Below are positions 1 to 9,868 of a stretch of 64,000 nucleotides of DNA, in pieces. The notes below the pieces were generated by a model. It was given only the letters and a program-made list of their open reading frames with translations. It searched no databases and was not told the origin of the DNA. The translations under genes were made by a program, and so were the position numbers. Numbering within the stretch: the stretch's first letter is position 1; every line of letters begins with the position of its first letter. Location: contig JAZAMN010000002.1 in NCBI GenBank assembly GCA_036229005.1, positions 32,001 through 96,000 on the forward strand, read 5' to 3'. The DNA is from Myxococcota bacterium (GTDB lineage Bacteria > Myxococcota_A > UBA796 > CAJQPC01).

Positions 1-2
1 TC

Positions 3-2234
3 AGCTCCTGCACCTTCAAGAACAACGACAGCTACCAGGGCGGCGGACTCTATGTGACCGCCTCCACCATCGAGCTGACCGACTGCATCATCAAAGGCAA
101 CAGCTCCACCCTCAAGGGCGGCGGGCTCCAGCTCCGGCAGGGCAGCGACGCCACGCTCCTGCGCACCGAGGTCTCCGCGAACGAGAGCGACGACCAGGGC
201 GGCGGCGTCAACATCGAGGACAGCGACCTGAGCTGCCAGAACTGCAGCGTGCTGGACAACATCGCCGGCAGCTCCGGCGGCGGCGTCGCGGTGGACGGCG
301 CGCTCTCCGCGGGCACCACCTTCTCGGGCAAGAACTCGGTGATCAGCGGCAACCAGTCCGTTGGCGCGGGCGGCGGGCTCTACGTCTGGGACGCCAAGCT
401 GACCCTGAGCGGGGAGCTCTCCGACAACAGCATCAGCGGCGACGGCAAGGGCGCGGGCCTCTACTACGGCAAGGCCAAGCTCACCCTGACGGACCTGGAT
501 GTGTCGGGGCACAGCGCTGGAGACGGCGGCGCCATCTTCGTGTCCTCCACCGCGACCAAGGTCGTGGCCAGCGGCGGCACCTGGTCCGACAACAGCTCGA
601 GCTCCGACGGCGGCGCGCTCTACAGCGGGGCCCCCCTGGAGCTGACCGACACCGTCGTCCAGAACAACAGCGCGGTCGGCGCCGGCGGCGGGATCTTCGT
701 GGACTCCCAGACCACCACCGTGGACGGCGCCACCTTCACCGGCAACAGCGCGACCAAGGATGGCGGCGGGCTCAAGGTCTACAAGGCCGAGGCCACCGTC
801 AAGACCAGCAGCTTCCTGGGCAACACCGCCCCCATCGGCGCCGGCTACTACCACCACGCGGTCAGCGTCGCGAGCTCCAAGGCCACCGTGATCAGCTGCA
901 CCTTCGACGGCAACAGCGCGTCCACGCGGGGCGGCGGCCTGTCCATCGAGAGCGCCTCCGCCGCCAAGGTCACCCTGAGCACCTTCAAGGGGAACAGCAG
1001 CGACGGCCTCTACATCAGCGGCACCAGCAACCCCGTGCTCCTGGACGACAACTTCAAGAGCAACGTGGGCAGCGGCCTTGTCCTCGACAACACCACGGGG
1101 GGCCGGGGTGAGCGGCTCAAGGCCCAGGGCAACAGCGGTGTGGGCGCGACCCTGGGGAGCACCAAGAACTTCACCCTCTACAACTCCGTGTTCGACGGAA
1201 ACGGCGACACCGGCCTGGAGATCCTGGCCCCCTCCGCCGGCAACAGCATCCAGAACAGCGATCTGGTGGACAACGGCGGACACGGCCTGGAGGTGCTCTC
1301 CGGCAGCGACATCGAGGTCCTCAACTGCATCGCCGCCTACAACGTCGACGACGGCTTCGGCGGATCCAACAACGGCGGCGCGGTGACCTACAGCGACGCC
1401 TACGGGAACGGCGGCAGCAACTTCGCCAGCGTGTTCTCCGGCGGGACGGGGCAGCTCACCAAGGATCCCCAATACACCGGGTTCTCCGACGACGGAAACC
1501 CCAACAACAACATCCTGTTCCTGGGGAGCAGCTCCCCCTGCCGGGACAAGGGCGACCCCAGCATCTCCGACACCGACGGCTCCCGCAGCGACATGGGCGC
1601 GTTCGGCGGCCCGGAGGCCAGCGACAAGGACTCCGACGGCGACGGCTACAAGCCCTCCGACGGCGACTGCGACGAGTCCGACGCCAGCGTCTACCCCGGC
1701 GCGCCCGAGACCTGGTACGACGGCATCGACAGCGACTGCGCAGGCGACGATGACTTCGACCGGGACGGCGACGGCTACCGCCACGAGGACTCCGGCGTGG
1801 CCGCCAGCAAGGTCGACTGCAACGACCGCGACAAGAGCGTGCACCCCGGCGCAGAGGACGTCCCCGGAGACGGCGTGGACAGCGACTGCGATGGCGCCGA
1901 CGGCGAAGACACCGGAGGCCCCGACGACACCGGAGACACCGGGAGCGGCAGCGTCGACGACACCGGCGAGCCCGGCTGGTGGGTAGACGCGGACGGTGAC
2001 GGCTACGCGCCCAGCCAGGGCGACTGCAACGACGCGGAGATCGGGGTCTCCCCCGGCGTGGACGAGGTCTGCGACGACGGCGTGGACAACGACTGCGACG
2101 GCGACATCGACAAGTACGACGCGGCCTGCTTCGGCGACGCGAGCTGCGGTGGCTGCAACGGCGGCGCGGCCGGGGGCGCCATGTGGGTGTTCAGCCTGCT
2201 GCTCCTGGGCATCGGTCGTCGCCGCAGGGACTGA
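3..2234 (+). CDS. 5'-truncated surface protein: right-handed beta-helix (GGG/GGA-FxxN repeats), MopE-type DxDGDG/DC metal-binding repeats, C-terminal MYXO-CTERM-like anchor
   Basis: Frame is open from base 3; repeated GGGL/GGAI and FxGN motifs; DSDGDGY..DCD..YPGAPE repeats; ends SCGGC-hydrophobic-RRRRD. Confidence 0.85.
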   Translation, partial: SSCTFKNNDSYQGGGLYVTASTIELTDCIIKGNSSTLKGGGLQLRQGSDATLLRTEVSANESDDQGGGVNIEDSDLSCQNCSVLDNIAGSSGGGVAVDGALSAGTTFSGKNSVISGNQSVGAGGGLYVWDAKLTLSGELSDNSISGDGKGAGLYYGKAKLTLTDLDVSGHSAGDGGAIFVSSTATKVVASGGTWSDNSSSSDGGALYSGAPLELTDTVVQNNSAVGAGGGIFVDSQTTTVDGATFTGNSATKDGGGLKVYKAEATVKTSSFLGNTAPIGAGYYHHAVSVASSKATVISCTFDGNSASTRGGGLSIESASAAKVTLSTFKGNSSDGLYISGTSNPVLLDDNFKSNVGSGLVLDNTTGGRGERLKAQGNSGVGATLGSTKNFTLYNSVFDGNGDTGLEILAPSAGNSIQNSDLVDNGGHGLEVLSGSDIEVLNCIAAYNVDDGFGGSNNGGAVTYSDAYGNGGSNFASVFSGGTGQLTKDPQYTGFSDDGNPNNNILFLGSSSPCRDKGDPSISDTDGSRSDMGAFGGPEASDKDSDGDGYKPSDGDCDESDASVYPGAPETWYDGIDSDCAGDDDFDRDGDGYRHEDSGVAASKVDCNDRDKSVHPGAEDVPGDGVDSDCDGADGEDTGGPDDTGDTGSGSVDDTGEPGWWVDADGDGYAPSQGDCNDAEIGVSPGVDEVCDDGVDNDCDGDIDKYDAACFGDASCGGCNGGAAGGAMWVFSLLLLGIGRRRRD

Positions 2235-2239
2235 CTCCC

Positions 2240-3829
2240 CTACTCCACCGCCTCCAGCGCGGCCCGGATGCTCTTCTCGCCCACATAGGGCGTCGCGGCC
2301 AGCTCCTGGACCGTGCCAAAGGGCCGCTTCTCCAGCAGCACGTTGACCCCGCGGGAGTAGATCCCCGCCGCCCGCAGCTCCTGCTCGGTGGCCCCGTTGA
2401 CCCACACCAGCAGCGCCTGCGCCTGCCCCGAACTCATGGCCACGCCGTCCACGAACATCAGCGTGTCCTCGGCTGCGGGCTCGGGCTCTGGGGAGTGTGT
2501 GGGGGTCGGGTTCTGAGGAGGTGGGGGCGGGGTGGTGGTCACGCTGCCAGTCCTCACCTCCTCTGCCTCTGCTGGCGCCCGCACCACCTCTACAACCCCG
2601 GCATCCACGAGGACAGGCTGAGGCGGACCCGGCTCCTCCAGCTCAGGCTCCTCCAGCTCTGGGGGCTCCGGCTCCGGATCTGGCTGCTGCGCTGGCTCGG
2701 GCACCGGCGGCACCGAGTCCTGGGGCGCGGGGACGGACGGCTCGGGGAGCACCTCGACCACGGCGGGGGTCTCTGGGATGGGCTCCGGGCGGAGCAAGCG
2801 CCACCCGGCCTGGCCCAAGATCAGCAGGCCCCCCAGACCCGCCACCACCAGCAGCAGGCCGCTCACGCCCTTGTTGGGACGGGCAGGCGGCCCAGGCGCG
2901 GCGGGGATCTGATCGGGGGGATGCGCTGGCGTGCGCTGGGGGCTGACGGAGACCACCCAGGCCTCCAGGACCTCGGCCAGCTCCTGGGCGGTCTCGAAGC
3001 GCTGCTCGGGCTCCTTGGCCAGGCAGCGGCGTACGATGTCCTCCAGCTCCGGGGCCACCCGCACCTTTGGGGCGCGCTCGATCATCCGGGGCACAGGCTC
3101 GCGCAGGTGCTTGATGGCGATCGCCATGGGGTTGTCGGCGGTGAAGGGGAGCTGCCCGCAGAGCATCCGGTAGAGCACCACCCCCAGGCTGTAGATGTCC
3201 GCGCGGTGGTCCAGGTCCTCCAGGCCCTTGGCCTGCTCGGGCGCGATGTAGTGCGGTGTGCCCAGGAAGCTGCCCACGCCTGAGATGCTGGACTGCGTGC
3301 CCTCCTTGACCAGCCCGAAGTCCAGGAGGCGGGCGCGCTCGATGCCCTCGTCGTCGGCGACCAGGAAGATGTTCCCGGGCTTCACGTCCCGGTGGACCAG
3401 GCCCCGCACGTGCGCGTGGTGGAGTCCTCGGGCGATCTCCGCGGCGATCCGGGCGGCCGTCACGGGCTCGATGGGGGCGGTGCGGAGCATCCGGCGCAGG
3501 CTGCGTCCCCGAAGCAGCTCCATGACCAGGAAGCAGTCCCCGTCTTCGGTGCGGCCAAAGTCGTGGACCGTCACCACGGCCGGGTGGCTCAGGCGGCCGG
3601 CGAGCGCGGCCTCCCGCAGGAAGCGCTGCTCGAACTCCAGGCGCAGGTCCTCGTCCAGGTCCGGGCGCACCAGCTTGAGCGCGACCTGACGCTCCAGGGG
3701 GTGCTGGATCGCCCGGTACACGCGGGAGGTGCCGCCCTGGCCGAGCTGCGAGAGGACCTCATAGCGGCCCAGGAGCACCCGCCCGATGGTGGGATCCCGC
3801 GTCGGTCGCGTTGGTGGAGAGGAAGCCAC
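2240..3829 (-). CDS. Hanks-type Ser/Thr kinase with TM helix, Pro/Glu-rich linker and C-terminal ComEA-like HhH domain
   Basis: GQGGTSRVY, VALK, HRDVKPGN, DFG, GTPHYIAPE, DIYSLG; TM GLLLVVAGLGGLLILG; C-terminal VNGATEQEL..RPFGTVQELAATPYVG. Confidence 0.92.
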   Translation of the reverse strand: MASSPPTRPTRDPTIGRVLLGRYEVLSQLGQGGTSRVYRAIQHPLERQVALKLVRPDLDEDLRLEFEQRFLREAALAGRLSHPAVVTVHDFGRTEDGDCFLVMELLRGRSLRRMLRTAPIEPVTAARIAAEIARGLHHAHVRGLVHRDVKPGNIFLVADDEGIERARLLDFGLVKEGTQSSISGVGSFLGTPHYIAPEQAKGLEDLDHRADIYSLGVVLYRMLCGQLPFTADNPMAIAIKHLREPVPRMIERAPKVRVAPELEDIVRRCLAKEPEQRFETAQELAEVLEAWVVSVSPQRTPAHPPDQIPAAPGPPARPNKGVSGLLLVVAGLGGLLILGQAGWRLLRPEPIPETPAVVEVLPEPSVPAPQDSVPPVPEPAQQPDPEPEPPELEEPELEEPGPPQPVLVDAGVVEVVRAPAEAEEVRTGSVTTTPPPPPQNPTPTHSPEPEPAAEDTLMFVDGVAMSSGQAQALLVWVNGATEQELRAAGIYSRGVNVLLEKRPFGTVQELAATPYVGEKSIRAALEAVE

Positions 3830-3835
3830 GAAGGG

Positions 3836-3841
3836 ACATTA
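3836..3841 (-). promoter_or_regulatory. Putative -10 box (TAATGT) 6 nt before kinase GTG; leaderless-type promoter
   Basis: TANNNT-N6-start geometry, no Shine-Dalgarno. Confidence 0.5.
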
Positions 3842-3883
3842 GCCCTGGGTGCCCCACCCCGCCCAAGGCAAGTCCGTGAACCC

Positions 3884-4447
3884 CTACTGCTCGGGGAGCA
3901 GGGCCATGCCCAGAGCGCGCATGAGCTGATCCTCCTCGGCGTCGGCCTGGGCCTTGAAGTCCACCTGCACGTAGTCGCGGTCGTCCAGGTTCTGGCCGCT
4001 GCCCTCCTGGATCCCCAGCGCGGCGAGGGCGTCGCGGAAGGCGGGGTCGTCCGGGTAGCAGTGGATCATGCCGAGCTCATCCAGCACGAGCTGCTCGCGC
4101 ATGCGGCCGCGCACCCAGAGTTGGTGGCGGGCGTCGGCGTAGATCAGGGTGCGGTTGGCCGAGAGCACCGCGCCGACCAGGTCGACGGGCTTCTCCATGG
4201 CCAGGAAGCGCTTGGGGGCCGGGTGCTGCTTGCCGGCGCGGCGGTCCACCATCTGGACGTAGAGCACGCCCACGGGGCCGTCCATGGCGCGCAGCAGGGC
4301 CTGGTGGGTGGCCTCCAGGCGCTCGGGGGGCACCGACACGGAGATCCGGGTCTGGCCGACGTCGTTGAGATCCGCGCGGAAGAAGGTCTCGGGCACGAAG
4401 CCGTCGGGGCTGCCGTCCTGGGTGACGGAGCGGGCCTTGGGGGTCAC
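3884..4447 (-). CDS. Hypothetical protein (187 aa)
   Basis: GTG start overlaps upstream stop (GTGA); globular composition, GC3 bias. Confidence 0.75.
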   Translation of the reverse strand: MTPKARSVTQDGSPDGFVPETFFRADLNDVGQTRISVSVPPERLEATHQALLRAMDGPVGVLYVQMVDRRAGKQHPAPKRFLAMEKPVDLVGAVLSANRTLIYADARHQLWVRGRMREQLVLDELGMIHCYPDDPAFRDALAALGIQEGSGQNLDDRDYVQVDFKAQADAEEDQLMRALGMALLPEQ

Positions 4448-5004
4448 TTGCTCTCCGGGAGCTGGGTGAGGGCCCAGCGGGCGTGGGCGCGCCAGGCGGG
4501 GTTTGCTGCGGGGTTGCCCTCGACCAGGGTGTAGGCCTGCCGGGCGGTGGCCCACATGGGGGCCTGGATCTCCGCGATGTGCGCACGGTGCGCCTTGGGC
4601 TGCGCTCCGACCGGCGGCGGGACCTGATCCAGCACCCCGGCCGCCAGTCGGTTGGCGTCGGCCGCCCGGATCCGGCACAGCGGCTCCAGGCTCTGGTCTG
4701 TGGCGCACTCCTTGAGGGTGATCGCGATGGTGTCCGCGGTCTTGAGGGCGCGCTGCGCGTACTCCAGCCGGGCGTCGTAGCTGGGGTTGTCGGAGGGCGT
4801 CAGGGCCTGCCCCTCCAGGCTGGCCAGGAGCTGTTCGGCCTGGATCAGCGCGTGGTGTGCGGGGCTGCTGGGCGCGTCGAAGGGGTGGCCGGCGCCCAGG
4901 GGCAGCGGCCGCAGATCGGGCGAGGCGTCCTCTCGCTCGACGACGGACCACCCCTCGGTGGGAGAGGCCTGGGTCAGCAAGAGGGGGAGCAGGAGCCAGT
5001 TCAT
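4444..5004 (-). CDS. Hypothetical secreted helical protein
   Basis: Short hydrophobic leader MNWLLLPLLLTQA; operon spacing. Confidence 0.7.
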   Translation of the reverse strand: MNWLLLPLLLTQASPTEGWSVVEREDASPDLRPLPLGAGHPFDAPSSPAHHALIQAEQLLASLEGQALTPSDNPSYDARLEYAQRALKTADTIAITLKECATDQSLEPLCRIRAADANRLAAGVLDQVPPPVGAQPKAHRAHIAEIQAPMWATARQAYTLVEGNPAANPAWRAHARWALTQLPESK

Positions 5005-5013
5005 CGCCCCCTG

Positions 5014-7236
5014 CTAACCGGCGCTGGCGCCCTCAGCCGCCAGGGCGATGCCCACGGCCTCCAGGAGCTGGACCGGCGCGAAGGGCTTGGAGAGGAAGTG
5101 TGTGCCCGCCTGCAGGACCCCGTGGTGCACCACCGTGTTCTCCGTGTACCCCGAGACGTAGAGCGCCTTGAGGGGATGCCCCTCCGCCGCGAGGGCGTCG
5201 ATCATGTCCTTCCCGCTCATCTGCGGCATCACCACGTCGGTGAGCACCAGGTCCACGGGCACGCCCGAGCGCACGATGGCCAGGGCCTCCAGCGGGCCGT
5301 TCGCCGCGATGGGTCGGTAGCCTCCCCGCCCCAGGACCTCCACCACCAGGCGCCGCAGGCCCGGGTCATCCTCGACCACCAGCACGCGCTCTCCGGCTGA
5401 TGGGCGCGGCTGCACAGGCTCCGCCTCGATGGCGTCCGCGGCTCCCTCTGTGTGCACCGGCAGGTAGATCTTGAAGGAGCTGCCGCGGCCTGGCTCGCTG
5501 TAGACCCAGATGTGCCCGCCGCTCTGCCGCACGATGCCGAACACCGTCGCCAGCCCCAGGCCGGTCCCCCGCCCCACCGCCTTGGTGGTGAAGAAGGGCT
5601 CGAAGATGTGCCGCTGGGTCTCCGCGTCCATGCCCACCCCGTTGTCCGAGACCGTGAGCAGCAGGTAGGGCCCCGGCACCACCTCGCTGTGGGTGCGCGC
5701 GTATTCCTCGTCCAGGACCACCCGCTGGGTCTCCAGAACGACCACGCCGCCGTCAGGCATCGCGTCCCTGGCGTTGATCAGCAAGTTGAGCACCACCTGC
5801 TCCAGGCGCCCCGGGTCCACGCGGGTCAGCGCCCCCAGCTCGCCCAGCTCCACGCGCAGGTCCACGTCGGCGCCCAGCAGCCGGCTGGCGATCCGCTCCA
5901 GCTTGCTGACGCTCTCGTTCAGGTCCAGGGGGCGTGGCCGCAGCACCTGCCGCCGGGAGAAGGCCAGCAGCTCCGAGGTCAGCCGCCCCGCGCTCTCAGC
6001 CGCCCGGTGGATGTCCTCCAGGTACTCGTCGGCTGTGGGCGCGTCCGGTCCGTCCTCGCGCAGCAGGTACAGGGAGCTCTGGATCACCGACAGCAGGTTG
6101 TTGAAGTCGTGCGCCACCCCGCCGGCCAGGCGACCGACCGCCTCCAGCTTCTGGGAGTGCAGGAGCTGCGCCTCCAGCTCCAGCTTCTCGCTGAGATCCC
6201 GCGCCTGCACCGAGATGAAGCTCTCCAGCCAGGGCAGATCCGCCGGGTGTAGCTGCAGGACCACCGAACAGGGGATCACGCCCTCCGGGCCCCGAAGGTC
6301 CAGATCGCCCTCCCAGACGCCGCTCTCCTCCAGCCCCGGCAGCAGCGCCTGCACGAGCTGCTCGATGCCTGAGCTGGGCAGCAGATCACAGATCCGCAGC
6401 GCATCCACCGACTGCCCCGGGGCCAGCCCCAGGCTCTTGCGCCCCGAGGCGTTCGCGTAGAGCAGCGTCCCATCCCGCCGCGCCAGCGCGACCACGTCCG
6501 GAGAGGACTCCAAGGCCGCCGAGAGGCGCCGCTGCCGATTCTGGACCAGCACCTCGTCCGTCACGTCCTTGGTCGAGCCCACCGTGCGCAGGACCCGGCG
6601 CTCCCCATCTTCGCCCTCGCCAAAGTAGGACCAGCCCACGCTGTGCACCCAGCGCATCTGGCCGTCCGGCCCCCAGGACCGGTTGGTGTGGTCAAAGCGC
6701 CCGTTCCCCGTCGGCGAGTGCGCAGCAGCCACCGCAGCCACGAAGCTCTCCCGGTCCGCCTCCACCACGCAGGCCGTGAAGTCCGGCACCTGCAGGTCCA
6801 CCTTGTCGCCCAGGCCAAAGTGCTCCCGCGTCGCCTCGGAGGCGTAGACCTGGTCGCTCACGTGGTCATGCTCGTAGATCCCGATCTCCCGCCCCTCCAC
6901 CGCCTGCTCCAGGCGCCGGAGCTGGATGGCGTCCGAGGCCGCCGGGCTCACCCCCACCGAGATCAGCGCTCGCCCCTCCAAGCCATCCGGGAAGGAGGCC
7001 CAGAAGCTGGCCCGGAAGGTGGAGTTCCGGCACAGCAGAGCCAGCTCTCCACCCTGCTCCGGCAGGTCCTCGACCCACCCGCTCAGCTCCCTGCGTTCAG
7101 CGGGGGTCAGCAGCCGAGAGAGGTGGGGACCGAGGAGGGACTGGGCCGCTTCATTCATCCACCCCACACCCTCTGGCCCCCAGACCAGGTGTGCCAAGGG
7201 GTGACTGCGCAGCAAAGCGAGGACATCAGTGCTCAT
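5014..7236 (-). CDS. Hybrid PAS sensor histidine kinase/response regulator
   Basis: PAS/PAC segments, H-box [38 protein letters not shown], receiver VEDD..TDVVMP..KPF. Confidence 0.95.
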   Translation of the reverse strand: MSTDVLALLRSHPLAHLVWGPEGVGWMNEAAQSLLGPHLSRLLTPAERRELSGWVEDLPEQGGELALLCRNSTFRASFWASFPDGLEGRALISVGVSPAASDAIQLRRLEQAVEGREIGIYEHDHVSDQVYASEATREHFGLGDKVDLQVPDFTACVVEADRESFVAAVAAAHSPTGNGRFDHTNRSWGPDGQMRWVHSVGWSYFGEGEDGERRVLRTVGSTKDVTDEVLVQNRQRRLSAALESSPDVVALARRDGTLLYANASGRKSLGLAPGQSVDALRICDLLPSSGIEQLVQALLPGLEESGVWEGDLDLRGPEGVIPCSVVLQLHPADLPWLESFISVQARDLSEKLELEAQLLHSQKLEAVGRLAGGVAHDFNNLLSVIQSSLYLLREDGPDAPTADEYLEDIHRAAESAGRLTSELLAFSRRQVLRPRPLDLNESVSKLERIASRLLGADVDLRVELGELGALTRVDPGRLEQVVLNLLINARDAMPDGGVVVLETQRVVLDEEYARTHSEVVPGPYLLLTVSDNGVGMDAETQRHIFEPFFTTKAVGRGTGLGLATVFGIVRQSGGHIWVYSEPGRGSSFKIYLPVHTEGAADAIEAEPVQPRPSAGERVLVVEDDPGLRRLVVEVLGRGGYRPIAANGPLEALAIVRSGVPVDLVLTDVVMPQMSGKDMIDALAAEGHPLKALYVSGYTENTVVHHGVLQAGTHFLSKPFAPVQLLEAVGIALAAEGASAG

Positions 7237-7312
7237 ACGGGAAAGACCCTACACCAACCTCAAGGGCCCGGAGACCTTGACGCGGTCGGTGCCACAGGAA
7301 AGAAAGAGGCCC

Positions 7313-8374
7313 ATGTGGTCCACCTCCTACAGCGTGGGCGCGGTCACCGTGTCCCCCAACATTGTCCTGGCCCCCATGGAGGGGGTCACCGACCTCACCT
7401 TCCGGCGCCTGGTGCGGCAGATCGGCGGCGTCGGCCTGACCTGCACCGAGTTCGTCCCTGGGGCAGGGCTCCAGCGCGGCGACGACCGCGTGCGCAAGAT
7501 GGTCGAGTTCGACGCCGACGAGCGCCCCATCTCCATCCAGCTCTACGGCAAAGACCCCGCGCAGATGGCCGAGGGCGCCAAGGTGGTCCAGGACCTGGGC
7601 GCCGACATCTGCGACATCAACATGGGCTGCCCCTCCAAGAAGGTCTGCCAGAACTCCGGCGGCAGCGCCCTGATGCGCGAGCCCGAGCTGGTGCGGCAGA
7701 TCGTCCGGGCCGTCGTGGGCGCCGTGGACATCCCCGTCACCGTCAAGATGCGCTCCGGCTTCGACCACGCGCAGCGCAACGCCCCTGAGATCGGCTGGAT
7801 CGCGCAGGAGGAGGGCGCCCAGGCCGTCGCCATCCACTGGCGCACCCGCGCCGACCGCTACTCCGGCGAGCGCGCCATCGACAAGATCGCCGAGACCAAG
7901 GCCCGCCTCTCCATCCCCGTGCTGGCCAACGGCGACATCGTGGACATCGCCTCCGCCCAGGCCATGTTCCAGGACACCGGCTGCGACGGCATCCTCATCG
8001 GCCGCGGAGCCATCCGGAACCCTTGGCTGCCCCTGCAGATCGCCCAGTGGCAGGCCGGCCAGCCCCCAATCGTCGTGGATGCCAGCGAGCGCGAGCGCGT
8101 GATGCTCGGCTACTTCGACGCCATCACCGAGGCCTTCGGGGGCAGCGAGAAGGGTGCGCTGGGGCGCTTCAAGATGCTCGCCAACCAGTACTGCCGCGGG
8201 CTCCCCGGGGGGCGGGAGTTCAAGAAGTTCGTGCTGCACAGCATGGATGGGCCCACCGCCCGGGCTCAGGTCCACCGCTACTTCGATCTGCTGCGCCGGC
8301 ACGAGTCCGGCGAGGACGGGGTGTTCGCGGACTACAAGGCCCCCAAGTGGGAGCGCAAGAAGAAGGCCGGGTAA
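7313..8374 (+). CDS. dusB: tRNA-dihydrouridine synthase (DusB-like)
   Basis: LAPMEGVTD, QLYG, DINMGCP, VTVKMRSG, ANGDI, IGRGA. Confidence 0.88.
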   Translation: MWSTSYSVGAVTVSPNIVLAPMEGVTDLTFRRLVRQIGGVGLTCTEFVPGAGLQRGDDRVRKMVEFDADERPISIQLYGKDPAQMAEGAKVVQDLGADICDINMGCPSKKVCQNSGGSALMREPELVRQIVRAVVGAVDIPVTVKMRSGFDHAQRNAPEIGWIAQEEGAQAVAIHWRTRADRYSGERAIDKIAETKARLSIPVLANGDIVDIASAQAMFQDTGCDGILIGRGAIRNPWLPLQIAQWQAGQPPIVVDASERERVMLGYFDAITEAFGGSEKGALGRFKMLANQYCRGLPGGREFKKFVLHSMDGPTARAQVHRYFDLLRRHESGEDGVFADYKAPKWERKKKAG

Positions 8375-8408
8375 GGCTTTCAGCCGCCGCGCGGGCCAGG
8401 TGCCCCCC

Positions 8409-8414
8409 TATACT
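8409..8414 (+). promoter_or_regulatory. Putative -10 box TATACT 6 nt before ATG 8421 (leaderless)
   Basis: Near-consensus -10, N6 spacing, no SD. Confidence 0.6.
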
Positions 8415-8420
8415 CCGCCC

Positions 8421-9857
8421 ATGATCCTGCTCACCCTGACCTGGCTTGCCTGCTCCCCCTCCCCCTCGGACACCCAGGCGGCCGACACCGCCCCGGAGAC
8501 CGACGCGGACACGGACGCCGACTCCGACAGCGACACCGACTCCGACGCGGACAGCGACCCCGTCACCTCCTGGGACCCCGCGGACTTCAGCACCGTCTGG
8601 ACCGTCGGTCCCGAGCACACCTACGCCGAGCTGGACGAGGTCCCCTGGGAGGCACTCACCGCTGACACCCTGGTCCAGATCCACTGGCGCGAGGCCCCCT
8701 ACCTGGGCAAGTTCGTGGTCACCGCCGCCGGCAGCCCCGACGCGCCCATCGTCATCACCGGCGTCCCCCAGGACGGCCAGCTCCCCGTCATCAGCGGGCA
8801 GGACGCCGTCACCCGCCAGGCCCTGGACTACTGGAACGAGGGCCGCTCGGTCATCAAGATCGGCGGCGCCTCCACCCCCTCGGGGACCCCCGCCTACGTC
8901 ACCATCGCCCACCTGGACATCCGCAGCGCCCGCCCCGGCTACAGCTTCACTGACGACCGCGGGGAGCGCGCCGAGTACAGCAGCAACGGCGCCAGCGTCC
9001 ACGTCGAGGCAGGCGACCACATCACCGTGCTGGGCTGCACCCTCCACGACTCCGGCAACGGCCTGTTCGTGGGCAACGACGCCAGCGAGGTGCTGGTCTA
9101 CGGCAACCACCTCCACGGCAACGGCATCGAGGGCTCGGTCTACGAGCACAACAGCTACACCGAGGCCCTGGGCATCACCTTCGAGGCCAACCACTACGAG
9201 CCCCTGCGCGCCGAGTGTCTCGGCAACAACCTCAAGGACCGCTCCGCCGGGACGGTCATCCGCTACAACCACATCGTGGGCGGCAACCGCGCCCTGGATC
9301 TGGTGGAGAGCGACCGCGATCTGCTCACCGAGGACCCCCGCTACCACGAGACCTTCGTCTACGGGAACGTGTTCATCGAGCTCGACGACGGCGGCAACAG
9401 CCAGGTCCTGCACTACGGCGGCGACGGCAGCGGCGTGTACCGCGGCGGGACCCTGCACCTCTACAACAACACCATCGTCTCCGAGCGCCCCGGAAACACC
9501 ACCCTGCTGCGCCTGTCCAGCGAGAGCGAGCACGCGGACCTCCGCAACAACGTGGTGGTCGCCCCCAAGCTCGCCATCCTCAACGGCAGCGGCTCCGCGG
9601 AGCTCCAGGACAACTGGCTCAGCGAGGGCTGGAGCGACGCCTTCTCCGGCGACGGCACGGTGCAGGACAGCGGCAACCTGAGCGGCACGGATCCGGCGCT
9701 CGACGCCGACTACCGCCCCAGCGCGGGGAGCCCTCTCTTGGGAGGAGCCGGATCCCCCCACCCGGACACCTCGGCCCACCCCGTCGACCGCGAGTACAGC
9801 GACCAGTCCACGACGCCCCGTCCCACCAGCGAGGACATCGGGGCCTTCGAAGGCTGA
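8421..9857 (+). CDS. Lipoprotein with right-handed beta-helix (pectin-lyase-like fold, putative polysaccharide-active enzyme)
   Basis: MILLTLTWLAC lipobox, (DX)n acidic linker, repeated GN/NN beta-helix motifs, HNSYTE, ends DIGAFE. Confidence 0.8.
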   Translation: MILLTLTWLACSPSPSDTQAADTAPETDADTDADSDSDTDSDADSDPVTSWDPADFSTVWTVGPEHTYAELDEVPWEALTADTLVQIHWREAPYLGKFVVTAAGSPDAPIVITGVPQDGQLPVISGQDAVTRQALDYWNEGRSVIKIGGASTPSGTPAYVTIAHLDIRSARPGYSFTDDRGERAEYSSNGASVHVEAGDHITVLGCTLHDSGNGLFVGNDASEVLVYGNHLHGNGIEGSVYEHNSYTEALGITFEANHYEPLRAECLGNNLKDRSAGTVIRYNHIVGGNRALDLVESDRDLLTEDPRYHETFVYGNVFIELDDGGNSQVLHYGGDGSGVYRGGTLHLYNNTIVSERPGNTTLLRLSSESEHADLRNNVVVAPKLAILNGSGSAELQDNWLSEGWSDAFSGDGTVQDSGNLSGTDPALDADYRPSAGSPLLGGAGSPHPDTSAHPVDREYSDQSTTPRPTSEDIGAFEG

Positions 9858-9868
9858 GCCCCCCCGGC

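Noticed and set aside
8500..8557. GACNNN hexamer repeat as a DNA element
   Set aside because: Explained by the in-frame (Asp-X)n linker with varied codons
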